From Candidatus Cloacimonadota bacterium (lineage in GTDB: Bacteria; Cloacimonadota; Cloacimonadia; Cloacimonadales; Cloacimonadaceae): a stretch of DNA of 64,000 bases. Shown here one piece after another: positions 47,254 to 56,951 of the stretch; positions within the stretch are counted from its first letter, which is position 1, and each line of letters starts with the position of its first letter. The stretch lies in the NCBI GenBank assembly GCA_020532545.1, contig JAJBAW010000006.1, positions 1,025 through 65,024 on the forward strand. Reading direction: 5' to 3'. The notes below the pieces were generated by a model that saw nothing but the letters and a program-made list of their open reading frames with translations, made no database searches and was not told where the DNA came from. The translations under genes and the position numbers were made by a program.

Positions 47254-47362
47254 TAGAGAATGGTTACACGGATATCGCTTCCCAGTTGGATAGAAAGCCA
47301 TAAAGCTCTGGTAATTTGATCTTAAGAGTAATCTAACAAACTAGCTGCGCTGCTGCCCCCTC

Positions 47363-48802
47363 CTATTTGCAGAACTTGGCAAGATTGCTAATAATCTGGA
47401 TCCGATGATCGGTATCCGGGTGCTCCGCGGAGGGCACTTCCACCAATACAGCAATTCCCTGTTTGATCTCCCTGCAATCGATCTCCTTTTTAATAAAGGG
47501 CTTCCAGTCTTTGGGAATCTTGTTCAAAAGGATGGGGCTCACTCCATAGGAGAATTGCATGCCCCGACAAGCAGCTAGATCCAGGCTCACTGCCAGGATC
47601 CAGACCGCGGGCTTGAATCTGGAGATCATCCGGGCTGTGTGTCCGGAAACCGTCTGAGCGATCAGCAGCTCCGGCTTCAATTTCTCTACTGTGTAAGCTA
47701 CGTTTGCGGCTATGATATCTGTGATTTGAGGAGTGTCGATCCCATCCGTTGCGGGCTGTGCGTGGTTGATTCCGGCCTCGTTTTTATGTGTTTCGGTATA
47801 TGCTGCTATTTTGGCCAGGGTGAGGATCGCATCGATGGGGTATTTCCCGATCGCGGATTCCTCAGAGAGCATCAGGCAATCGGTACCATCAAGCACAGCG
47901 TTTGCCACATCTGTAGCTTCGGCACGGGTGGGGCGGGGATTCCGCACCATTGATTCCAGCATTTGCGTGGCTGTGATCACCGGTTTGCCCCAGAGATTGG
48001 CCTTCGCGATCAAGCTTTTTTGCACTATTGCCAGACGCTCGATGGGGATCTCCACGCCCAGATCTCCCCGGGCGATCATCATCCCATCCGTTTCCTTTAG
48101 GATGGCGTCGATCTTTCCCAGAGCGCCCGAACGCTCCATTTTGGCGATAATAAAGGGATCAAAGCCAAGCTCATGGGCGGCTTTTCTCACTGCCAGGATG
48201 TCCTGGGGGCCATTCACAAAGGACTGGCTAATGGCATCCACTCCACTTTCCAGAGCCGCGCGCAAACACTCAGCATCCCTATCTGTGAAGGCACTGATGC
48301 CCAAATCCGTATCAGGTAGATTGAGCCCTTTGTTCGAGCGCAATTCTCCCCCCACCACGATCTCGCAAAAGATCTCTTCACCCTTTACATCTGTCACCCT
48401 GAGCTGGATCAAGCCATCACTCAGGAAGATGATGTCCCAAGGGCGCACCACCTTGGGTAGCAGGGGAAGGCTGACGGAAACTTTGGTCCAGTCACCGATT
48501 ATCTCTTTTGTAGTGAGGATGATCTGATCCTTGGGGTGCAAGATGATGGATTCCTGTTTGAGCAAGCCTATGCGAATCTTGGGACCCGGCAAATCCGCCA
48601 TGATCGTGATATCTACTCCGGCATTCCGCGCCGCTGTGCGCAGTCTTTTGACCACCTTGTCATGATGTTCAAAATCCCCATGTGCGTAATTTAACCTGGC
48701 GATATTCATACCGGCCTCTATCATTTGGGTCAACATTTTTGTGGAATCCGTGGCCGGTCCTATCGTACACACGATCTTGGTCTTATTATCATAAATACTC
48801 AT
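47363..48802 (-). CDS. pyk: pyruvate kinase
   Basis: 479 aa with the canonical sequence (KIVCTIGPA...MIARGDLGVEIP...MLESM). Confidence 0.96.
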   Translation of the reverse strand: MSIYDNKTKIVCTIGPATDSTKMLTQMIEAGMNIARLNYAHGDFEHHDKVVKRLRTAARNAGVDITIMADLPGPKIRIGLLKQESIILHPKDQIILTTKEIIGDWTKVSVSLPLLPKVVRPWDIIFLSDGLIQLRVTDVKGEEIFCEIVVGGELRSNKGLNLPDTDLGISAFTDRDAECLRAALESGVDAISQSFVNGPQDILAVRKAAHELGFDPFIIAKMERSGALGKIDAILKETDGMMIARGDLGVEIPIERLAIVQKSLIAKANLWGKPVITATQMLESMVRNPRPTRAEATDVANAVLDGTDCLMLSEESAIGKYPIDAILTLAKIAAYTETHKNEAGINHAQPATDGIDTPQITDIIAANVAYTVEKLKPELLIAQTVSGHTARMISRFKPAVWILAVSLDLAACRGMQFSYGVSPILLNKIPKDWKPFIKKEIDCREIKQGIAVLVEVPSAEHPDTDHRIQIISNLAKFCK

Positions 48803-48969
48803 TATTCCTCCTCGGAGACTACTGCCATATATCAGCTATCACAAGATTTTGTCAAGTTCTTTTGCTGCAGATTTTTGTCCACCCTCGACACGAGACGTAT
48901 CGAATCCAGCCGTAACGCTGTATTCAGACGGCCGCTCAGCATCAGTTGGTGCGTGCTTCAAACAAAGGC

Positions 48970-49007
48970 ATAGTCACACGGATGGGAGGGATCGAACGGA
49001 TTTACCC
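48970..49007 (-). repeat. ATCCG-phased repeat family B, inverted copy
   Basis: The reverse complement gggtaaatccgttcgatccctcccatccgtgtgactat matches 40848-40885 at 31 of 38 positions (hand count). Confidence 0.8.
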
Positions 49008-49055
49008 AGATTACATCTGTCAGTTTACCTGATAAGAGCTAAGCTATCAAGTCGT

Positions 49056-49079
49056 CAAAACCTTAAAACTCTAAAATTA
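49056..49079 (+). repeat. 8-nt A-tract microsatellite (family C)
   Basis: The units are tcaaaacc, ttaaaact and ctaaaatt, immediately upstream of the tRNA promoter. Confidence 0.6.
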
Positions 49080-49089
49080 AACAATCCGC

Positions 49090-49118
49090 TTGACAAAAAA
49101 GCCCCTCTGAATTCTAAA
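49090..49118 (+). promoter_or_regulatory. candidate promoter for tRNA-CAT
   Basis: TTGACA (49090-49095) is followed by a C-rich spacer aaaaagcccctctgaat and then tctaaa. The tRNA 5' end lies about 20 nt downstream. Confidence 0.4.
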
Positions 49119-49136
49119 GAACCATAGATAGTGATG

Positions 49137-49212
49137 GGGCCTATAGCTCAGCTGGTAGAGCTTCCGGCTCATAACCGGATGGTTGGGGGTTCGAGTCCCT
49201 CTGGGCCCACCA
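49137..49212 (+). tRNA. tRNA with CAT anticodon (elongator Met, or Ile2 if lysidine-modified)
   Basis: The cloverleaf was folded by hand. The acceptor is gggccta/tgggccc, the D arm gctc/gagc, and the anticodon stem tccgg/ccgga with loop cTCATAa. The T arm is ggggg-ttcgagt-ccctc, and CCA is encoded. G1-C72 and a non-GGG anticodon stem argue against an initiator. Confidence 0.9.
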
Positions 49213-49266
49213 CTTTTTTCTTTTCATTTTCTTGTCTTGCCTTATCTTATAACTTAAGGAATGATT

Positions 49267-50214
49267 ATGAAATATATCCAGATCACAGTTCTGCTCCTGA
49301 TGCTAATGTCAGCTCTGGGAGCTACCAAATACGCAGGAGAGATCTTCAGCTTTAGCCCTGGCGTGGCGAATCAGGCCATGGGCGCTACCGGGCTGAGCTA
49401 CACAGTGTCGCCTGCGGCGGGATGGTGGAATCCGGCACTTTTGGCGCACGATTCCATGCGCGGGATAGAGCTGATGCGTAGCGAGCACTTTGAGGGCTTA
49501 CTCAGCCAAAATCAGCTTTCACTCAGCCTGGGCAATGCTATTTCTCTGAATATCAATCATCTGGCCATAGATAAAATCAAGCTTACCAAACTCGAAAACG
49601 AGGACGAAATACTCAGCAACGACAACCGCCCTTATGTGTGGAAAACCGTTACGAATCAGGATGTGATCGTGTCTGCCAGCTTCGCCCGTCCCCTGTCCGA
49701 ACGCATCTTTGTGGGCATCTCGCCCAAATTTGCCTACCGGGATCTTGCAGAGCACAGCGGTTATGGCTTTGGCGCTGATCTGGGCGCACTTTGGACATCC
49801 GGCAACCATCTGGCGGTAGGCCTGAATCTGAGAGATTTCTTTGGCACTCAAATCCTCTGGGAAAGTGGCGAACATGAGATTGCCCTGCCCAATCTGGATC
49901 TGGAAGCATCCTATGGCTTTGAGCTTTTAAAATATGAGATCCCCGTGCTGCTCGCCCTGCGAGCCCAGGCCTTTCCCGAAGAACGTGGAGAGGCCTCAAA
50001 CCTCAGCAGTTCTGGCTTTAGCGCTGATCTGCATGCGGGGCTGATGCTGCAGATTATCCCCCAATTGAGCCTGATGACAGGCTACGATGTGGATAGCTTT
50101 ACCGCTGGTCTCGGTCTGAATATCAAGTCCCTGGGGATAAATTATGCCTTCAAAGCCAAAGCTTATGACAGCCTGGGCTACACTCAGAAGATATCCCTCG
50201 GTTATTCATGGTAA
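49267..50214 (+). CDS. PorV/PorQ-family outer-membrane beta-barrel (T9SS-associated)
   Basis: 315 aa from the second ATG. It has a signal peptide, the N-terminal motif PGVANQAMGATGLS...NPALLA typical of the PorV/PorQ family, and the C-terminus ...ISLGYSW. Confidence 0.65.
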   Translation: MKYIQITVLLLMLMSALGATKYAGEIFSFSPGVANQAMGATGLSYTVSPAAGWWNPALLAHDSMRGIELMRSEHFEGLLSQNQLSLSLGNAISLNINHLAIDKIKLTKLENEDEILSNDNRPYVWKTVTNQDVIVSASFARPLSERIFVGISPKFAYRDLAEHSGYGFGADLGALWTSGNHLAVGLNLRDFFGTQILWESGEHEIALPNLDLEASYGFELLKYEIPVLLALRAQAFPEERGEASNLSSSGFSADLHAGLMLQIIPQLSLMTGYDVDSFTAGLGLNIKSLGINYAFKAKAYDSLGYTQKISLGYSW

Positions 50215-51356
50215 AAAAAATAGCCCTTCTGGGCGCGACAGGCTCAATCGGAACTTCCTTTTTTGAGGTTTTTGCTGAGCAGAAAGATCGGCTGCAACTC
50301 TCTTTTGTAGCGGCACATCAGAGCTATCAGAAGCTTTGCCCTCCGGCAATGAGGCACGGTGTAGAGATGGCCGTTTTGACCGGCATCACAGATCTATCCG
50401 AACAAAAGCACATTCGGCAGAGTTTCCCCCAGCTCAAGCTCTACTTTGGCGAAGATGAACTCATCCGCCTCCTGGAGAATGAGGACTACGATATCGGGCT
50501 CAATGCTATTGGCGGTTCCAGCGGTATAGAGGCTACATTCGCCATTTTGAAGCGTGGCAAGAAGCTGGCTCTGGCCAATAAAGAATCCCTGGTCATGGGC
50601 GGTCACCTCGTACAAAAACTGAAACAGCCCGGACAGATCATCCCTGTGGATAGTGAACATTCGGCGATCTTTCAGGCTCTGGGACAGCATCCCTTGTCCG
50701 AGGTCAAAAAGCTGATCATCACCGCTTCTGGCGGGGCTTTCCGCACTTTGCCTCTGGATGAATTTGCCTCTATCACTCCGGCTATGGCCTTGAAACACCC
50801 CAATTGGGATATGGGCGCGAAAGTCACTTTGGACAGCGCCACCATGTTCAATAAAGCCCTGGAAGTGATGGAAGCGCATTGGCTCTTTGATCTGCCCTAC
50901 GATCGGATCGAAGCAGTGATTCATCCCCAGTCCGTGATTCACTCTTTGGTGCAGTTTATTGATGGATCGTTACTTGCGCAGCTTAGCTCTCCGGACATGA
51001 AGCTCCCCATCCTGTATGCTCTTAGCTATCCAGAGCGCTGGAGCTCAGAGCTGGTGCAGACCGATCTGCTCTCCCATAATAATCTTAGTTTTCAGGCTTT
51101 GGAATCTGCGCGTTATCCCTTATATTATTTAGGACTTCAAGTGGCCCAGGCTGGCGGTATCATGCCCACCATCATGAATGCCGCCGCTGAGGCCGCTATG
51201 CAGCTTTTTCTTGCCGGGACCATCCGCTTTACCGATATTCATCCGCTGGTGGAGCGCACTATCCAGGCTGCAGAGCAGATTCCTGATCCTGATCTTGCCA
51301 CCATAATAGCCTGCAACAAAGATACTTTTGCCAAGACACTGGCTCTGTATGCTTAA
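50208..51356 (+). CDS. dxr: 1-deoxy-D-xylulose 5-phosphate reductoisomerase
   Basis: 382 aa with LGATGSIGTS, LANKESLV, DSEHSAIFQ and NKALEVMEA. Confidence 0.95.
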   Translation: MVKKIALLGATGSIGTSFFEVFAEQKDRLQLSFVAAHQSYQKLCPPAMRHGVEMAVLTGITDLSEQKHIRQSFPQLKLYFGEDELIRLLENEDYDIGLNAIGGSSGIEATFAILKRGKKLALANKESLVMGGHLVQKLKQPGQIIPVDSEHSAIFQALGQHPLSEVKKLIITASGGAFRTLPLDEFASITPAMALKHPNWDMGAKVTLDSATMFNKALEVMEAHWLFDLPYDRIEAVIHPQSVIHSLVQFIDGSLLAQLSSPDMKLPILYALSYPERWSSELVQTDLLSHNNLSFQALESARYPLYYLGLQVAQAGGIMPTIMNAAAEAAMQLFLAGTIRFTDIHPLVERTIQAAEQIPDPDLATIIACNKDTFAKTLALYA

Positions 51357-51386
51357 GCAAATAAATTACTCAAATACGGAGATAAA

Positions 51387-52412
51387 ATGAACTTCACAGA
51401 TTATGCCATTGAACAGATTTTAAGGCTCTGCAAGACCCCCAGCCCCTCTGGTTATACCAAAAAAGCTACTGAGCTTTTGCAAAAAGAACTGGTTGCACTG
51501 GGTTTTGAGCCACAGTATTCCCGCAAGGGTTCGGTATTGGCCACCCTGGGGGGAACCGGCAATCCCCTGGTTCTAGCAGCTCACGTGGATACCCTGGGCG
51601 CCATGGTGCGCTCTGTCAAAGCCAGCGGCCGCCTGCGTTTCACCAAGATTGGCGGCTATCCTGAGAACAACATCGAAAACGAAAACGTGATAGTCCATAC
51701 CCGAGATGGCAAAGAGTACACCGGAACGGTCTATATCAATGGTCCCGCGGTGCATGTTTACAGAGATTCCGGCCAAGCCAAGCGCGATGATGAAAACATG
51801 GAAATCGTGCTGGATGAGATCGTGAAAACCAAGAAAGATACCTTGGCCTTGGGCATTGCCCCGGGGGATTTTATCTCGTTGGATCCCCGCACCATCTATA
51901 CTCCCTCCGGCTTTATCAAGAGCCGCCATCTGGACGACAAAGCCAGCGCTGGAGTCCTATTGGCTCTTGCCAAACAGGTATCAGAAGGCAAGCTCAAGCT
52001 TTCACGCCAGGTCAGCATCCTCTTTACTACTTATGAGGAAGTGGGCCATGGCGCAGCTTCCGGCTTTCCAGCGGACACTGAGGAGATGATTTCTGTGGAT
52101 ATGGGCGCGGTAGGCGAAGATCTGGGCACTGATGAGTACTGTGTATCGATCTGTGCGAAAGACTCCGGCGGCCCCTATGATTGGGATGTAACCGATGCCA
52201 TGATCCATCTGGCCAAAGAGCTGAAGCTGCAATATTCTGTGGATATATATCCCTTCTACGGCTCCGATGTGGGAGCTGCACTCAGAGCAGGACACGACAT
52301 CAAATACGGGCTCATCGGCCCTGGTGTCTTCGCCTCCCATGGCTATGAACGTACCCATAAACAGGCCATTGAGAATACTTTGAAATTGCTTCAGGCCTAC
52401 GTTAAACAATGA
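51387..52412 (+). CDS. M42 family aminopeptidase
   Basis: 341 aa with AHVDTLGAMV, SRHLDDKAS and YEEVGHGA, which are typical of the M42 (FrvX/PepA-like) family. Confidence 0.85.
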   Translation: MNFTDYAIEQILRLCKTPSPSGYTKKATELLQKELVALGFEPQYSRKGSVLATLGGTGNPLVLAAHVDTLGAMVRSVKASGRLRFTKIGGYPENNIENENVIVHTRDGKEYTGTVYINGPAVHVYRDSGQAKRDDENMEIVLDEIVKTKKDTLALGIAPGDFISLDPRTIYTPSGFIKSRHLDDKASAGVLLALAKQVSEGKLKLSRQVSILFTTYEEVGHGAASGFPADTEEMISVDMGAVGEDLGTDEYCVSICAKDSGGPYDWDVTDAMIHLAKELKLQYSVDIYPFYGSDVGAALRAGHDIKYGLIGPGVFASHGYERTHKQAIENTLKLLQAYVKQ

Positions 52413-52448
52413 TTAATTGAGAGTATCAGGGCGGACTCTGTTCTGCCC

Positions 52449-52478
52449 TAAAACCCACAACGCTAAAACCTTAAAACC
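52449..52478 (+). repeat. 8-nt A-tract repeats (family C)
   Basis: ctaaaacc (52449-52456), ctaaaacc (52463-52470) and ttaaaacc (52471-52478). This is the reverse-complement sense of the GTTTTAAC repeats at 54862. Confidence 0.55.
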
Positions 52479-52558
52479 CCCTATATACAAACTGCTCACA
52501 GAACTGGAGCGGAAATTGCATGTATGTAGTATAAAATGATAAGTTATATGGAGATATT

Positions 52559-54856
52559 ATGCGAATGAGTGTGCTCGCACTTTTGCTTGCAGCCTTGATG
52601 CCGTTTGCTTTAAACGCGGTTTTGCCAAGCTGCTACCACAGTTACGCTGAGATCAGCACGATCCTTTTTGATCTGGAGGCTCAGCATCCGGATATAGCCA
52701 AAGTACATGTGATCGGATACAGCCAGGAAGAGGAAGTTCCGATCTATGCCATGCAGATTTCAGCCAATGTCCAGGGCAGTTGGCAGCGTCCCGCTCTGCT
52801 TTTTGTGGGGCAGGTGCATGCGGAAGAGATCATGGGCGTAGAGCTCACTTTGAAAAACATTGCAGAGATCCTGGAACGTAGAGATCAAGCGCCTTATGGG
52901 CTGTGGATCAATCAACTGGATACCTGGTGGGTGCCTACTCTCAATCCCGAAGGGCACAATGTGGTCACCTCCAACCTCGACACCTCTTATCGCAAGAATA
53001 AACGTGATAACAATGGAAACGGCATCTTCGACTATTCCCCTTTAGTGGGTTATGACATCGATGGCGTGGATATCAACCGCAATTTTGACTTCAACTGGGC
53101 ACATGGCGACACCCTGATGCAGCCCGGTGGCACAGAAGTTTATGACTACTACCGGGGACCCGCGCCCATGAGCGAGAGCGAAATCCAGGCCATCAAACGG
53201 CTTGCGGATGAAAAGAAGTTCATCTATAGCATCTGCTGGCACTCCTCCCGAAGCGGCAATTTCTCAGAGAAAGTGTATTACTCCTTCAATTGGAAAGATG
53301 TACGCCCCTCCCCGGATTTCATTTTTGCCAAGTCCATCGCCCAGGGCGTGGCCTCACAGATCACCAAACAAGACGGCTCCACCACCTATGAATTCTACCC
53401 CAATGCCAGCCGTCAAGGTTGCTTTCATGACTGGATGTACATGCAGTATGGCACCTTCCAACTGCTCATCGAAATGGGAACCCTCGATCTCCAGCCGGAA
53501 GAACCTTTGCTGCTGAATACTATATCCCGCTGCAAACAGGGAGTCTGGTGGCTGCTGAACCGTGCCTTGTTGTTTTCCACCGCGGTGCCTTCAAGCTCGC
53601 TTCTCACCGGCAACATCAAGGACAGCGCCACAGGAGAAGCCATCTCCGCAGAAATTATTATTCAGGAGCGTCATGCGCCCTGGTTTGTACCCCGCACCTC
53701 AGATCCTGAGACCGGACGCTTCTACAAAGCCTTACCCACAGGAACCTATACCGTGCAGACCCGCAAGAAAGGCTATTGGGACAATATCCGTAGTGGGGTA
53801 AGGGTAAACAACGGATCCTGGACCCAGCTCAATCCTGAACTGACTCCCAAGCAGCCCGCCATCCTGCAAGGTTCGGTGCGTAGCGCAGGACAGGATATCA
53901 GTGCCATTATGCTGATCAAGGATATTCAGCCGGACACCCTGATCGTGGATGGAGGCTATATCTATCACGGCTACGAGGGCGAATACACCATCGAGATTTA
54001 TGCCGAAGGCCACTATCCCTATATAGGACAGATCTATCTTAATCCAGGCACCCAGCATCACACCTTCGATCTCAGTGCAGCCGAAGTCCTCTTCTTTGAA
54101 GATTGGGAATCTGGCACCAGTGCCTGGGAGATAGAAGGTCCCTGGGTTTTGCAGAACGAACTTTCCGTCTCGGGACACGCCATCACCGATAGCTGGGGTG
54201 GACGCGGCCACTACGCTCAAAATTGCGATGTCTGGATCAAAACAGTAAACCCCATCTTCATCCCTTCCAATGGCTCACCCCTGCTGCACTTTGACTCTCA
54301 CCTTTATACCGAGTGGGATTTTGACCCCGTGACTGTGGAAGTCTCTACAGATGGCAATGAATGGACCCAGGTTTTTGTCAAATCCGGCCGTCACGATTGG
54401 TGGCAAAAGGAATATGTCAATCTTGAGGATTACTCCGGACAAAACATCTATCTGCGCTTCCGTTTGGTGGACCAAAGCATAGATGAGAAGCTTACCGATC
54501 CCGGCTGGACTCTGGACAATATCACCCTGGTCACAGGCAGTGCCACTGCCAATGACGATCAGAGCGTCCCCGGCCTGCCACAAGCTGCATTGTACCCGAA
54601 TTTCCCCAACCCCTTCAATCCCCAGACCACGATCAGATATTCTTTGGCCTTTGCCGGGGAAGTCACACTTGAGATCTTCAACCTCAAGGGTCAACGGGTA
54701 AGAAGCTATACTCCTGGTGCGCAAGCAGCGGGTAATCATGCCTTTGTCTGGAATGGCACTGATGATCAGGGACTGGGTGTGGCCAGCGGAATATATTTCT
54801 ACCGTCTGAGCTCACCGAAGTTCTCACAAAGCCGTAAAATGATTTTAATGAAGTGA
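52559..54856 (+). CDS. secreted M14 family zinc carboxypeptidase with a T9SS C-terminal sorting domain
   Basis: 765 aa with a signal peptide and the HxxE zinc motif GQVHAEE. The C-terminus is LYPNFPNPFNPQTTIRY...IFNLKGQRV...GIYFYRLSS...KMILMK. Confidence 0.85.
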   Translation: MRMSVLALLLAALMPFALNAVLPSCYHSYAEISTILFDLEAQHPDIAKVHVIGYSQEEEVPIYAMQISANVQGSWQRPALLFVGQVHAEEIMGVELTLKNIAEILERRDQAPYGLWINQLDTWWVPTLNPEGHNVVTSNLDTSYRKNKRDNNGNGIFDYSPLVGYDIDGVDINRNFDFNWAHGDTLMQPGGTEVYDYYRGPAPMSESEIQAIKRLADEKKFIYSICWHSSRSGNFSEKVYYSFNWKDVRPSPDFIFAKSIAQGVASQITKQDGSTTYEFYPNASRQGCFHDWMYMQYGTFQLLIEMGTLDLQPEEPLLLNTISRCKQGVWWLLNRALLFSTAVPSSSLLTGNIKDSATGEAISAEIIIQERHAPWFVPRTSDPETGRFYKALPTGTYTVQTRKKGYWDNIRSGVRVNNGSWTQLNPELTPKQPAILQGSVRSAGQDISAIMLIKDIQPDTLIVDGGYIYHGYEGEYTIEIYAEGHYPYIGQIYLNPGTQHHTFDLSAAEVLFFEDWESGTSAWEIEGPWVLQNELSVSGHAITDSWGGRGHYAQNCDVWIKTVNPIFIPSNGSPLLHFDSHLYTEWDFDPVTVEVSTDGNEWTQVFVKSGRHDWWQKEYVNLEDYSGQNIYLRFRLVDQSIDEKLTDPGWTLDNITLVTGSATANDDQSVPGLPQAALYPNFPNPFNPQTTIRYSLAFAGEVTLEIFNLKGQRVRSYTPGAQAAGNHAFVWNGTDDQGLGVASGIYFYRLSSPKFSQSRKMILMK

Positions 54857-54861
54857 TAAGA

Positions 54862-54893
54862 GTTTTAACGTTTTAACGTTTTAGCGTTTTAAC
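54862..54893 (+). repeat. 4 x 8-nt tandem repeat GTTTTAAC/GTTTTAGC (family C)
   Basis: The units are gttttaac, gttttaac, gttttagc and gttttaac, read directly, 6 nt after the M14 stop codon. Confidence 0.9.
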
Positions 54894-54919
54894 GACCTCC
54901 CTGATTCAGCCCACAAAAA

Positions 54920-54946
54920 TACCGGCTCTCGAACTGAGAGCCGGTA
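54920..54946. terminator. bidirectional terminator between the convergent M14 peptidase gene and frr
   Basis: The stem is taccggctctc / gagagccggta (11 bp) with loop gaact. An A-run lies upstream and a T-rich run downstream. Confidence 0.65.
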
Positions 54947-54971
54947 CTAATTTAAGGAAGCTATCTGTTGA

Positions 54972-55529
54972 TCAGACTTCCATAATCTCTTTTTCTTTGG
55001 ATTTTTCTACTTCATCGATCTTCTTGATCCATTCATCAGTGATATCCTGAATTTCTTTGAGGAATTTCACCTCATCGTCTTCGCTGATCTCGCTGTCTTT
55101 TTCCATCTTTTTCACGGAGTCATTGGCGTCTCTGCGAATGCTGCGGATCGCGATGCGGGCATCTTCACCCAGCTTTTTCAGATCACGCACGATCCCCTTG
55201 CGTTTGTCCTCTGTAAGAGGTTGAAAGGGCAGACGGATCAGGTTGCCGTCATTTTCCGGGGTGATGCCAATATTAGCGCCCAGGATGGCTTTTTCGATAT
55301 CAGCCAGGGTAGTTTTGTCCCAGGGTTGAACGACTATCGTTCGGGCTTCCGGGATCGAGATATTGCTCAGTTGTTTGATGGGGGTAGGCTGTCCATAATA
55401 GTTGATTTTGATATCATCCAGGATAGACACGCTCGCCCTTCCCGTCCGTACTCTGGAAAAATAGAGCAAGAGGGTATCAAAGGATTTCTGCATTTTCTCG
55501 TTAGTAGTATCTTTCAGTGTTTGCATCAT
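54972..55529 (-). CDS. frr: ribosome recycling factor
   Basis: 185 aa with the canonical RRF sequence (RTGRASVSILD...IRSIRRDAND). Confidence 0.96.
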   Translation of the reverse strand: MMQTLKDTTNEKMQKSFDTLLLYFSRVRTGRASVSILDDIKINYYGQPTPIKQLSNISIPEARTIVVQPWDKTTLADIEKAILGANIGITPENDGNLIRLPFQPLTEDKRKGIVRDLKKLGEDARIAIRSIRRDANDSVKKMEKDSEISEDDEVKFLKEIQDITDEWIKKIDEVEKSKEKEIMEV

Positions 55530-55540
55530 TTACCTCGGTT

Positions 55541-56269
55541 TTAGGGATGAATGTAGGTGCCGATATTGGCATCCTGCAGTGCAGCTTTCAAGTTTTGTGG
55601 CTTCAAGATGTTGAAGATCTTGATCGGCATGGAGTTTTCCGCTGCCAAAGAGAAGGCACTGAGGTCCATCACTCTGAGGCGCTGCTCCAGGCAGGTCTGA
55701 TAAGAGGCATCTTGGATAAAGGTCGCATTGGAGTCTTTCATTGGATCGGCAGTATAGAGCCCATCCACCTTGGTGGCTTTGAATACGATATCCAGCTTTA
55801 GTTCCAAAGCTCTGAGCACAGCAGCGGTATCCGTGGTAAAAAACGGATTTCCCGTGCCACCAGCCACAAAGCAGATTTTGCCTTGGGACAGGGCTGCTTG
55901 CACCTTGGGCGCACTGTAATGCACTGCTACTTTATCCAGCACAAAGCTAGAAAAGACCTGTGCATCACAGCCTTTGGAAAGCAGAATCTCGCTGAGGTAC
56001 AGCGCGTTTTGGATCGTGGCCAACATACCGATATTATCCAGAGTCACCCGGGAAAGGCTCTTATTGGTCGAACTTCCGCCCCGGAAGATATTGCCTCCGC
56101 CCAGAACTACAGCAATAGTGTAGCCCATGTTCTTCAGCTCTATCAGTTCATCGGTAAGCCGGTCGCAAACCTCATCATCAAAGCCAAAGCCGGAAGTCCC
56201 GGCCAGAATTTCGCCACTGAGTTTCAGCATCAGGCGGTTGATCTTTTCGGGTTTGAAAGTGCTTTTCAT
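55541..56269 (-). CDS. pyrH: UMP kinase
   Basis: 242 aa with LKLSGE, VVLGGGNIFRG, GGTGNPFFTTDTAA and TKVDGLYTADP. Confidence 0.96.
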   Translation of the reverse strand: MKSTFKPEKINRLMLKLSGEILAGTSGFGFDDEVCDRLTDELIELKNMGYTIAVVLGGGNIFRGGSSTNKSLSRVTLDNIGMLATIQNALYLSEILLSKGCDAQVFSSFVLDKVAVHYSAPKVQAALSQGKICFVAGGTGNPFFTTDTAAVLRALELKLDIVFKATKVDGLYTADPMKDSNATFIQDASYQTCLEQRLRVMDLSAFSLAAENSMPIKIFNILKPQNLKAALQDANIGTYIHP

Positions 56270-56286
56270 CTTAGGTTGCAGGCGGT

Positions 56287-56883
56287 TTATTCGCCTAAAG
56301 CGTAACGAACAAAGCGTGCAATCTGGATATTCTCACCAGTCTTGCTGATGGCTTCGGTAAGTAGATCTTTGACGGTTATTTTTTCGTCGCGGATGAGGCC
56401 TTGCTCCATCAATGCGTGTTCGCTGCAATATTTCCTAATGTTGCCTTCAACGATTTTTTCCACAATTTCGGGGCTCTTTTTCTCATTGATGGCTTTGTTT
56501 TTGGCAATTTCTTTTTCACGTTCGATGATTTCGGGATCGATACCTTCGGCGGTGATGGCCAAGGGGCTATTGGCTGCGATCTGCAAAGCGATCTCTTCGG
56601 CCAAAGCTTTGAATTCAGCGGTTCTGGCGACAAAGTCTGATTCGCAATTCAGCTCAAGCAATACGCCGATCTTGCCATTAAAATGGATGTAGGAATAAAT
56701 GAGTCCTTCTTTGGTGTCGCGCTGGCTTTTAGCCTCGGCTTTAGAAATTCCGCGTTCCCGCAGATACTTGATGGCGTTATCTACGTTGCCATCAGCTTCT
56801 ATCAGAGCTTTGCGGCATTCCATCATGCCTACTCCAGTTCTATCGCGCAGTTGTTTTACCATAGTTGCGGTAATATCTGCCAT
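56287..56883 (-). CDS. tsf: elongation factor Ts (short form)
   Basis: 198 aa with VKQLRDRTGVGMMECRKAL and LELNCESDFVART. Confidence 0.95.
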   Translation of the reverse strand: MADITATMVKQLRDRTGVGMMECRKALIEADGNVDNAIKYLRERGISKAEAKSQRDTKEGLIYSYIHFNGKIGVLLELNCESDFVARTAEFKALAEEIALQIAANSPLAITAEGIDPEIIEREKEIAKNKAINEKKSPEIVEKIVEGNIRKYCSEHALMEQGLIRDEKITVKDLLTEAISKTGENIQIARFVRYALGE

Positions 56884-56951
56884 TTTGTACTCCTTAGTTC
56901 TGTGGATAAATTGCTGCCTGCCGGCAGTTGCCAGCAGGCAGCAGATGATTA

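Noticed and set aside
54862-54893. GTTTTAAC/GTTTTAGC repeats as a CRISPR array (the unit resembles the GTTTTAG... start of some CRISPR repeats).
   Set aside because: The units are only 8 nt and directly tandem, with no spacers. No cas genes are present in the window.
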